A stretch of 64,000 nt of DNA from Octopus sinensis (taxonomy: Eukaryota), in assembly GCF_006345805.1 (NCBI RefSeq), contig NC_043001.1:13330001-13394000 (forward strand), read 5' to 3'. Positions 53,640-64,000 of the stretch are shown here, one piece after another (positions within the stretch are counted from its first letter, which is position 1; each line of letters starts with the position of its first letter). Both the position numbers and the translations under genes were made by a program. Under the pieces are notes generated by a model. The model was not told the origin of the DNA. It searched no databases and saw only the letters and a list, made by a program, of their open reading frames with translations.

Positions 53640-54260
53640 TTTAGTGAAACATTTTCAATATTGATATGACTCCCACAAGTGTTTTCCCTGTCACTTCTTT
53701 TGTGTGTTTAATACATTGTGATTCCTCCTTGGTTTTAGGACATGTTAAGACAGTGAGTACGGGTTTGCTTGCATGGATATATGTAAATGCCGGATTCATG
53801 TTCATTTTCAATTTCATGTTTATGATCCTTTTCATAAATAGCGTTGACATTATTTACGTCATGTACTAATTGTTGTTCTATGTTATGCTTTTACAATCAG
53901 ACTATTAAGTTATATTTATATTGTGTAATTGAGGCTAGGTTTCGAATAGGTGTAATGGATTTTGCGTTCGCTTATAAGAGATTTGGCTAATGTTTAATCC
54001 TTTCAGTATTTTGTTTACCTTACGTTCATAGATTAATCTAGGCCTGCAGTTTGTACATTTTAAATACGTTTAACCTCAGCTGTCTTCTATGTCATGTCGA
54101 TTAGTTTATACGAAATACTTGGTATTCATTGCGGCTTCTTTCATTCTATGAATTTGTTTATAGGTGATTGTTGAAAGCAGACTGTTGTTCTCAGTAACAG
54201 TAAAACCCCCGATTTATCTAAGATTGAAAACCGTCTACCTGGCGTTATTTTTCGTCTTTT
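53640..54260 (-). pseudogene. Highly decayed Penelope-like remnant
   Basis: Minus-strand ESGIYIYPCK (GIY motif, 53771-53797) and upstream DKSG.FTV...LLSTITYK, with many stops. Confidence 0.45.
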
Positions 54261-55573
54261 CGGTCAGTATGCTCTTCCAATTTGTTCTCTGCACATAATT
54301 AACATGTATTAATATGCATTATAAGTTAAGGAGGGTACCTTTTGTTGAATATAGATTAAGTACATTACATTAAAAAATAACATAAGTTGAGAGAGAACAA
54401 CTCACTAAGACAACATAGTTTCCAATTGACGGTTAGTGTTCCCTTAGCCAGTTCTTTTATATCTCTTAACCACACTTCTAGAATCTTTGGCCAAGCTGTC
54501 TAGCGTAAAAACGCGTATACTTAATGTAAAGAGTTCTGCCTCAGCCACAAGTCATCTAGTGCTTATTTGAGGGAACATATATTAACTTAGATGTTTAAAT
54601 CTTTATATTAATACGGTGATACCCAACGTGGGGCATGCGCCCGGCCAATGGGGTGTGATGTCCAAAGTTTTTTTCTTCACATGGAATTGTGTAAGTCCTT
54701 TTTCACAGCAAACATACCAATTCCACCAGAGAAGCATAGTGCGCTAGTGTGTTTATTTTTTAAGGCTATTTCACGGTTGGGACATACATTTCTCAGAAAA
54801 GTTATAGTGGATAAAAACAGGTTGGTAGACACGTACGAGAATATGGCGCCTCTTCTTCATTTATAGAATTACATTAATAATAATTTGTAGCTCTAGACTG
54901 GGTAAATCGGAGAGTTATGTTTCAAATGCCAGCCACGGTTCGTTATACCATAAATCAGAGAGGACCCTATTCTAGTTGTGATTTTCATTGTTCTATATCT
55001 ATAATAGAGAGCGGCAACTATAGCAACACGCCCCTACAAATCTTGACTTAAAGAACAACAGTAACTTCTTCGAAATATGTTTATAATTCATTTTTAAAAT
55101 TTGCAGTTACAAATTCAAGAGATGTCATTTAAATCAGGAATATATAAACATGATATGTAAAAATAGATTAATCTCAGAGATCCATCTTATGAACAAAGTT
55201 GAACGCATCACCAAAAATGTACCCCGCCTACACGCATATATATAACTCAACACGCATACATGCTATAATTTATTTCTCTATTAAACGTGAATTATGGAAT
55301 TATGGAATTATGTAAATATCTTATTTCATTCATCAGTTACATTATTAATTAGGTGAATGTCCATTTGCTCTCTAAATACATTCATAATGCATTATTACCT
55401 GAAGCATCGGATTTAATGCTAGCTTGATAACAGGGAATTTATACTTCGTTCTGAAATATTAATGGAAGTCAAGATATGAACTTTTGAGCTAAATTAACGA
55501 AAGCCAAAATTAAGATATCGTTAACTATTTGGAAATAATCGTAATCGTTATTTGTTACATACCTGTTACAACT

Positions 55574-55804
55574 GCGGCAAGCGGACAGAAACACGCCGGG
55601 CAAAATTCCTAGCAGTATTTCGTCTGCTGCTACGTTCTCAGTTCAAATTCCGTCGAGGTCGACTTTGCCTTTCATCCTTTCCGGGGTCGATAATATTAAG
55701 TACCATTTATGCACTGGGGTCGATGTAATCGACTTAATCCCTTTGTCTGTCCTTGTTTGTCCCCTCTATGTTTAGCCCCTTGTGGGTAGTAAAGAAATAG
55801 GTAT
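55574..55804 (+). mobile_element. SINE family B, monomer with degenerate head
   Basis: Body GTATTTCGTCTG...AAAGAAATAGGTAT. Confidence 0.88.
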
Positions 55805-56314
55805 TTGTTGCACACCTTTATACTGGTTGTTGAAATCTCATTGAGAAAAATTCTGTCATTCAACGATCCTGTTTCGATAAAAGAAGGTAACAGACTAGAA
55901 ATAGCTGTAAGAATATCACTATCGTTGTGTCGAAATGAGAGACAATACTAGTAATGAGATCCTCTAATATTTGGAGATAATACAACGGTTTTGCAATATT
56001 AATAAAAGTTGTGCCTTTCAGAGCTTAATCTCTGCCGATATTAACTTTTCATTTAATGATAGAATAAAGTACTAGTGACGTAATGCAGTTGAGGATTTTG
56101 ACTAACGCCGCCTCTAAAAATTTTAGCTTCAATCAGAAACAGCTTTTAATAAAGATTGATAAGTGTCATGGTTAGAGTCTAGCAGCATGTAGTAGAGATT
56201 CACATTTTGATTTTAAATACAGCTAAGGTGAGCAGTGTTTGTCATCCTCTAAGGTTCGATCGTTTCACCTACCATAAACCTAAGAGGGTCGATGATATGC
56301 ATTTACTTTTTACC

Positions 56315-56697
56315 CAGGAGTAGCTGTGTGGTAAGTAGCTTGCTTACCAAACACATGGTTCTGGCAAGCATCTTCAACTATAGCCTCGGACCAACCAAAG
56401 CCTTATGAGTGGATTTGATAGACGGAAACCGAAAGAAGCCCGTCGTATATATGTATATGTATATATGTGTGTGTGTATATATATTTGTGTCTGTGTTTGT
56501 TCCCGCAACATCACTTGACAACCGATGGTGGTGTGTTTACTTCCCCGTAACTTAGCGGTTTGGCAAAAGAGACCGATAGAATAAGTACTAGGCTTCCAAA
56601 GAATAAGTCCTGGGTTCGATTTGCTTGACTAAATGCGGTGGTCCAGCATGGTCGCAGTCTAATGACTGAAGCAAGTAAAAGAGAGAAGAGAAAGAGA
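56315..56697 (+). mobile_element. SINE family A with B-box region deleted
   Basis: CACATGGTTC is joined directly to TGGCAAGCATCTTC. Confidence 0.85.
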
Positions 56698-57160
56698 ATA
56701 AGAGAGGAAGGGATTGTGCGTAAGAGCTGTCATATATTGAAAGTTAACGTTAGATGTTTTACACAAAATGAAAACAATACGTGGAAGATAAAGCATATAA
56801 AGAGAGAAAGAGTGGGGGAGAGTGGGGGAGGGAGAGTCATTAAGAATGTGGAAACTAATACAGAGATATTGATGGCGATAGATGGAGAGTGAGAGTGTTT
56901 TCGATCTAAAACTTCAGTTATTTCTCGTAGCAAATTGTAATTTTGTTATTCTTATTCACTGATCACATTCTCCTTGAGACACAGATTTCGGAAATCAAAT
57001 ATGTTTTTCACAGCTTCCGGGATAAATACACATACATACCACATGCACTCGCATACATGCAGTATATATACATGTGTATGTGTGTGTAAATGTATGTGTG
57101 TGTCATAATAAACACTATGAAGCAAATAAAAAGGATTAATTTAATAAAAAACAATTGGAT

Positions 57161-57539
57161 TGGAAGCACTCCGTCGGTTACGACGACGAGGGTTCCGGTT
57201 GATCCCAATCAACGGAACAGCCTGCTCGTGAAATTAACGTGTAAGTGGCTGAGCACTCCACAGACACGTGCACCCTTAACGTAGTTCTCGGGGATATTCA
57301 GCGTGACACAGAGAGTGACAAGGCCGGCCCCTTGAAATACAGGTACAACAGAAACAGGAAGTAAGAGAAAGTTGTGGTGAAAGAGTACAGCAGGGATCAC
57401 CACCATCCCCTGCCGGAGCCTCGTGGAGCTTTTTTAGGTGTTTTCCCTCAATAAACATTCAAAATTCCGGGTCTGGGAATCGAAACCGCGATCCTATGAC
57501 CGCGAGTCCGTGCCCTAACCACTGGGCCATTGCGCCTCC
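57161..57539 (-). mobile_element. SINE family C
   Basis: Colinear with the other two family C copies. Confidence 0.9.
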
Positions 57540-57778
57540 TGATAAAAAACAATAATGTACTGCAATAGAGATTTTCGAATCGGAAAGTTAAAGTAATTTT
57601 CTTCACATGTTCTTTTGTTTTTGTTTCTTTTATAGTATTTGGAAATATGAAACCACGCTAGAATTATGTTACCCGATGTTTATTTAATGCGTATTTTAAA
57701 TGTATTTGATTTATATTGAAATTTCAATATTCTAGTGTCTATATATATATATATATATATGCACGGATAAATACCCAC

Positions 57779-57842
<64 letters not shown>

Positions 57843-57865
57843 ATATATATATATATATATATATA

Positions 57866-58105
57866 CTTTATTTAAAGCAGCGGAAAATTCAACGAAACCT
57901 GTTACTCTGAGTTTCCTGTTGCCGTTCGTCGGACAGTTGTTGCTAGAATTCTAGCAAAAACTGTCCGACGAACGGCAACGGGAAACTCAGAGTAGCAGGT
58001 TTTGTTGAATTTTCTGCTGCTTTAAATAAAGCATATTACTCTACCACTGGTATTTGAGTACTCTTTTTTCCACCTTGTTTCACATTTATCTGTTTACTCC
58101 GGTAT
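57866..58105 (+). mobile_element. Family G: 166-bp loopless palindrome (57866-58031) plus 3' tail, with an HHR-like motif in each arm
   Basis: Centre GAATTC at 57946-57951; 5 mismatches between the 83-bp arms. Motif CTGT-CCGACGA-A-CG-GCAA-CG-G-GAAAC-TCAGA-GTA-GCAG at 57961-57998. Confidence 0.8.
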
Positions 58106-58352
58106 ATATATATATATATATATATTGTTGTCTGGGAGATTTTCTTATGGTAGAGAAATACTTAGTTTTAACTGCTATTTCTAAATTCCGGTATGTGGTG
58201 AAGCAAATTTTTAGTGAACCCTAATTATAATTATACTACTCATAATTATAAAAAAAAGTTTTGTTTAAGTTTACCGATAATGGTTCCTTTAACATACCGA
58301 ACTACTTCGTAAAATTGATTAATTTTACCCTTTATTATTATTGAATATATGT

Positions 58353-58518
58353 AGGTGTAGGAGTGGCTGTATGGTAAGTAGCTTACTAACCAACCACATG
58401 GTTCTGGGTTCAGTCCCACTGCGTGGCATCTTGGGCAAGTGTCTTCTGCTATAGCCCCGGGCTGACCAATGCTTTGTGAGTGGATTTGGTAGACGGAAAC
58501 TGAAAGAAGCCCGTCGTA

Positions 58519-58551
<33 letters not shown>

Positions 58552-60032
58552 GCATGTGTATGTTTGTGTGTCTGTGTTTGTCCCCCTAGCATTGCTTGAC
58601 AACCGATGCTGGTGTGTTTACGTCCCCATCACTTAGCGGTTCGGCAAAAGAGACCGATAGAATAAGTACTGGGCTTACAAAAGAATAAGTCCCGGGGTCG
58701 AGTTGCTCGATTAAAGCGGTGCTCCAGCATTGCCGCAGTCAAATGACTGAAACAAGTAAAAGAGTAAAAGAGTATATGGAATAATTGATATGAAGCATTG
58801 TGTAGAATATATTGGTAAAATATCTGGATTAACGAAGACTTACCTTGCATTCAATATTTCGGGGTTATGACCCCAAAATATTGAGTTTCTTTGGTCTCAG
58901 AGATTCTCATATACAAAAAGAAACGTAAGATCAACAAAAGAAGAGAGTTACGGGAAGCTAGCTTGTTGCTATAGCAACACATTTCCGCGCATATCTACTC
59001 CACACACGTCACACACACGCATATCGGCAGCATTCGTCAATTTCCTGAAAATGGGGTCATAGCCCTGAAATATTGAATACATATGTGTGAGAATTGTATG
59101 TATAAAACGGATATGGGCGCAGGAGTGGCTGTGTGGTAAGTAGCTTGCTAACCAACCACATGGTTCCGGGTTCAGTCCCACTGCGTGGCATCTTGGGCAA
59201 GTGTCTTCTGCTATAACCCCGGGCCGACCAAAGCCTTGTGAGTGGATTTGGTAGACGGAAACTGAAAGAAGCCTGTCGTATATATATATATATTTGTATA
59301 TGTATGTGTGTGTTTGTGTGTCTGTGTTTGTCCCCTTAGCATTGCTTGACAACCGATGCTGGTGTGTTTACGTCCCCGTCACCTAGCGGTTCGGCAAAAA
59401 GAGACCGATAGAATAAGTACTGGGCTTACAAAAGAATAAGTCCCGGGGTCGAGTTGCTCGATTAAAGGCGGTGCTCCAGCATTGCCGCAGTCAAATGACT
59501 GAAACAAGTAAAAGAGTAAAAGAGTATATGGAATAATTGATATGAAGCATTGTGTAGAATATATTGTGTAAAATATCTGGATTAACGAAGACTTACCTTG
59601 CATTCAATATTTCGGGGTTATGACCCCAAAATATTGAGTTTCTTTGGTCTCAGAGATTCTCATATACAAAAAGAAACGTAAGATCAACAAAAGAAGAGAG
59701 TTACGGGAAGCTAGCTTGTTGCTATAGCAACACATTTCCGCGCATATCTACTCCACACACGTCACACACACGCATATCGGCAGCATTCGTCAATTTCCTG
59801 AAAATGGGGTCATAGCCCTGAAATATTGAATACATATGTGTGAGAATTGTATGTATAAAACGGATATGGGCGCAGGAGTGGCTGTGTGGTAAGTAGCTTG
59901 CTAACCACCACATGGTTCCGGGTTCAGTCCCACTGCGTGGCATCTTGGGCAAGTGTCTTCTGCTATAACCCCGGCCGACCAAAGCCTGTGAGTGGATTTG
60001 GTAGACGGAAACTGAAAGAAGCCTGTCGTATA

Positions 60033-60080
<48 letters not shown>

Positions 60081-60303
60081 TTGTGTGTCTGTGTTTGTCC
60101 CCTTAGCATTGCTTGACAACCGATGCTGGTGTGTTTACGTCCCCGTCACCTAGCGGTTCAGCAAAAGAGACCGATAGAATAAGTACTGGGCTTACAAAAG
60201 AATAAGTCCCGGGGTCGATTTGCTCGACTAAAAGGCGGTGCTCCAGCATGGCCGCAGTCAAATGACTGAAAACAAGTAAAAGAGTAAAAGAGAGAGTAAA
60301 GAG
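58353..60303 (+). mobile_element. Three SINE A copies in a tandem duplication (period about 753-762 bp)
   Basis: SINEs start at 58353, 59115 and 59868. Spacers 58774-59114 and 59526-59867 are near-identical. Confidence 0.92.
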
Positions 60304-60724
60304 CATAACAGGACATTGGTGTGTGTGGATGTATTAGTAAATGCATCACGCTCTGTATAGGTATTTGTATGTATGTATATAAATCGTCGTTTTGCATATG
60401 TTTGCATATGTATGTACGTATACAAAAGTATTTATTCATGTGTGTTTATGTATATGCAAAAAAAACGTATGTATGTGTATATATGACAGTATCACTATGC
60501 CTGCTCATATATTTATGTATAATGGTATGTAAGACATATACAAATTTGAGTGTACATATTTATGTGTATCTTTTTAATTTTTTATTTTAAATTTTAAAAA
60601 AATATATGTATGACCCCACTTTTTTCATTAATTATTGTCCCCTCTGCGCTACATCAAAATCATAAAACTCTATACTTTAGTTTTCCTATGATAAATTTCT
60701 CTACAATTATAAACAATCTTTTTC

Positions 60725-60895
60725 GACATTATTTACATTATTTACATTTGACGGATATTTGTCCTTATCTTGTTTGTTGTTAACACAACATTTCAGCTGA
60801 TATATCCGCCAGCCTTCATCAGGCGTCTTGGTGAAATTTTGAACCTGGGTTTTCATTCCTAAGGTAGAGTTTGGATGTTGTTATTATTATTATTG
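60725..60895 (-). mobile_element. Family E body with CpG-decayed HHR
   Basis: Minus strand GACGC-CTGATGA-A-GGCTG...CAGCT-GAAAT-GTT-GTGTT (60782-60826), adjoining (TTA)n. Confidence 0.85.
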
Positions 60896-60896
60896 A

Positions 60897-61319
60897 GTGA
60901 GAGAGCAGTGCATGCCATCAAATTGACACAAGGGTAAAATAGGTGGGGTCAGTTAGAATTTTCTTCAGGTCGAGTAGCCCATCCCGCTCAAAAGGTCCCT
61001 GAATAAGGGTTGTTTAAGGATGTTGAAAGAACCACCCATGTTACCAAAAGTGGATTATCCAAACCTCCAAGAATTCCTTCTCAACACATGGCTATGATGC
61101 TCCCCCACTACTTCTGCTCATGATCAGAGATGCACATATCGTCAGCCACAAAGGGACATGCTCAACTGGTTACGGTCAAACAACTGACAAGCAAATCTGT
61201 GGTATTGAGTAGAATATTTGCTGTAGCCCATCTTTTATACCAAGACAGAACAATGTACATGATAACACTTCCAATCAGTTAAGATCAGAAGCCATGAGAG
61301 CCACTGCCTGGTACTGCAT
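60897..61319. mobile_element. Unclassified ~420-bp insertion within the family E (TTA)n linker
   Basis: A GC-richer block that interrupts a (TTA)n tract resuming at about 61420. It is single-copy in this window. Confidence 0.4.
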
Positions 61320-61424
61320 ATTTACCAAAATTAACAAAATTAAATATAAATATCTTGAAATATCTTGAGTAAATTTATTCAATAAAATTACCATTGGCCT
61401 CCAGACGACTTGCTATTATCGTTG

Positions 61425-61493
<69 letters not shown>

Positions 61494-61510
61494 TATTATT
61501 ATTAACCACT

Positions 61511-61658
61511 GTTAAGAGCGCGGGATACTAACCCCAAGATTCCGAGTCCGATTCCAGGCAGTGACATTACAAAGCATAAGTTCTGGTGTAGATTTGCTGG
61601 ACTAAAGGTGGTGCTCCATCACGGCCGCAGTCAAATGACTGAAACAAGTAAAAGAGAG
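61511..61658 (+). mobile_element. Family E tRNA-like head (inverted relative to its body) followed by a SINE A 3' tail
   Basis: GTTAAGAGCGCGGGATACTAACCCCAAGATTCCGAGTCCGATTCCAGGCAGTGAC, then GACTAAAGGTGGTGCTCC...AAACAAGTAAAAGAG. Confidence 0.8.
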
Positions 61659-62398
61659 TAACTATGAGTGTATATGTTTTATATTACATAGAACGATTGT
61701 ACAGTTTAGAGGATGAAATAAGCAAAGAGGTCTAGCGCTTCAAGTCATAAACTATCTTTGTTACATCCATTTTTCAACTCAATATACACATACAAAAATA
61801 AAAGTCTTCTTCAAAGATTAAAGTATCAAAGGCAATAATTAATGGAACATTTTTTTTAGGGAGATTTATTAAGATATTAAAAAGGAAACAACAGGTTGTG
61901 GTGGTGGAAAGGAAGCTTGTATATGATAATGTAGTGAGAGATAGATAAAGAGAGAGTTAGGTAGTTTACTGTTAACAATCTAGAAGTATTAAAAATACAT
62001 AGTCAAAAGAAATAGTAATATAAGGAATAATATCAAGAGAGAAATAAATTGGAAGTAAAAATTAAGATCAAAGGAAAGAAGACAGAGAAGAGCAATAGAT
62101 GTTAGCATTACAAATGGTGGGACATTGAGGTATAGAAGACAAGCAAAATTTAGTAAATATCATCTAAAATAAATAATAATGAGATAAGTTAATATAGATA
62201 CTGTTTAGGAATTAATGGTAAAAACAACAAAACATCCACAAAGTGTACTCATTTCAAAGGATAACATATCCCGCTATATAATTTGATACCAACATGTAAA
62301 ATAATATATCATACGCTACAAGATGTTGGCTACGAAACGATCGCAATCTTATGGATATCAATTGGTCAAATATTACCACATATCTCTTGAGTTTCTCT

Positions 62399-62459
<61 letters not shown>

Positions 62460-62498
62460 CTCTATCTCTGTATATATATATATATATATAATATATAT

Positions 62499-62675
62499 GA
62501 GTCGCCATGATAGATCGTTAGCCACTACGCGCATTTTTTCCCGTATCCCTTTCTGCAGAAGAGCGTAGGCTCGAAACGTAAAAGACTTTTTCTATTCCTG
62601 AGCGTTATACTAATACATCTATTTGTTTTGTTCACCACCTGTCTTCGTCTTTTGTTTTTTTTCGTAAACAACTCT

Positions 62676-62680
<5 letters not shown>
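62499..62680 (+). mobile_element. Family D copy with the best-preserved HHR-like motif
   Basis: CTTT-CTGCAGA-A-GAGC-GTAG-GCTC-GAAAC-GTA-AAAG at 62549-62584. Flanked by (TA)n. Confidence 0.75.
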
Positions 62681-62736
<56 letters not shown>

Positions 62737-63742
62737 GCATTCTAAGATACCAAGATTTTCATATATTACTCATATTTCTTCCCATTTCTTTGTTTGAAAG
62801 TTAATCTCATATTTATGAATTTCGAAAGTGGATTTCTCCTTATTTTAACCTTTGGCAGAAACATCTATCTCCCAGTGGGCCGTAATTACATTATGACCTA
62901 TACGTATAAAGAAAATAATAGATTTATTCATTAGGGAAATAGAAACGACGGTTTAAATTTTATTTTCTAATAGCTTGGAAAATCTGACGAAGTAAAAGTC
63001 GGGAATAATTATCAGTGTGGCAAAAAAAAAATTACTCTTTCAATTTATATTCCCGCGATAGGGGAATATAAGTCTCTTTCCTCAGTAGAACTCCCAGCCT
63101 CTTAGTAACAATTAGATATTTTTGATGTAGTCCGAACAAGCTTCAATGTACATGCAAAGCTTTAAAAGAATAACAACACGCTAATATCTGCTCGTCTTTG
63201 CGGAACATCCAGTGTACATACTCAGAAAAGCTATCGTTTTGTTTTTTTTGTTAACGTGCATACTTACATATATACATTTTTATATCATTCTGCATAACTT
63301 CCAGCTTTCTTCTATTTTACTTCTTTAATACCACTGTACATTATCTTTATGTAAAGCTCAAAATATCACATATCTTTGCAGTAAGGTTATTCGGTATGAT
63401 CTAAATATCCCTATAACACATGCGATATATAGACATTTAAAAAGAATATCGAAATGGAAAAAAGTATTAGTTATCGTCTGAGAATTCTTATCTGTAGCTA
63501 ATTACCAATGATATTATGATGTCCTACTCACATTCATTTCGCTAATTTAACGGATTAAATTTTATCTTTACTTTTAACCAAAAACTTGTCTCACCCTGAT
63601 AATATCGTCTCTCATATCTACCACCAGTTCTATCTACATCTGTGAAGTAAAGCTTGCAACGAATCCATTGCCCTACTGTTACGGAGTGACCCATAATTAC
63701 AGTAACAACAAAGACATGATCAACAGATACTTGTCCCCGATA

Positions 63743-64000
63743 TACTCTTTACTCTTTACTCTTTTACTTGTTTCAGTCATTTGACTGCGGCCATGCTGGA
63801 GCACCGCCTTTAGTCGAGCAAATCGACCCCGGGGCTTATTCTTTATAAGCCCAGTACTTATTCCATCGGTCTCTTTTGCCGAACCGCTAAGTAACAGGGA
63901 CGTAAACACCCCATCATCGGTTGTCAAGCAATGCTAGGGGGACAAACACAGACACACAAACACACACATACATATACAAATATATACGTATATACGACAG
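63743..64000 (-). mobile_element. SINE family A 3' half (runs off the window)
   Basis: CTCTTTTACTTGTTTCAGTCATTTGACTGCGGCCATGCTGGAGCACCGCC. Confidence 0.9.

Noticed and set aside
61270-61319. Faint similarity to U2 snRNA segments (ATCAGTT.., CCTGGTACTGCA)
   Set aside because: Short and non-colinear, with no Sm site or U2 5' stem.

Overview
AT-rich, microsatellite-dense eukaryotic DNA that is intergenic or intronic. The repeat content suggests a cephalopod (Octopus-like) genome; this is recall and inference, not a database match. No intact host protein-coding gene is supported, and most ORF-track entries are translations of (TA)n, (CA)n or (GAT)n repeats or of SINEs. The window is a mosaic of three tRNA-headed SINE families (working names A, B, C), decayed Tc1/mariner and other DNA transposons, an RTE LINE fragment and Penelope-like elements (PLEs; RT plus GIY-YIG). 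The main signal is a candidate PLE satellite system. One PLE (12376-14703) has inverted terminal repeats and a minimal hammerhead ribozyme (HHR) motif. Several short non-coding families (D, E, G) carry related HHR-like motifs and repeatedly occur as fold-back or inverted structures next to (TA)n. Family E joins a tRNA-like Pol III head, an (AAT)n linker and an HHR-bearing body, so it looks like a ribozyme-containing SINE that may be mobilised by Penelope machinery. Family names are my own labels, boundaries are read by eye, and novelty needs database checks.
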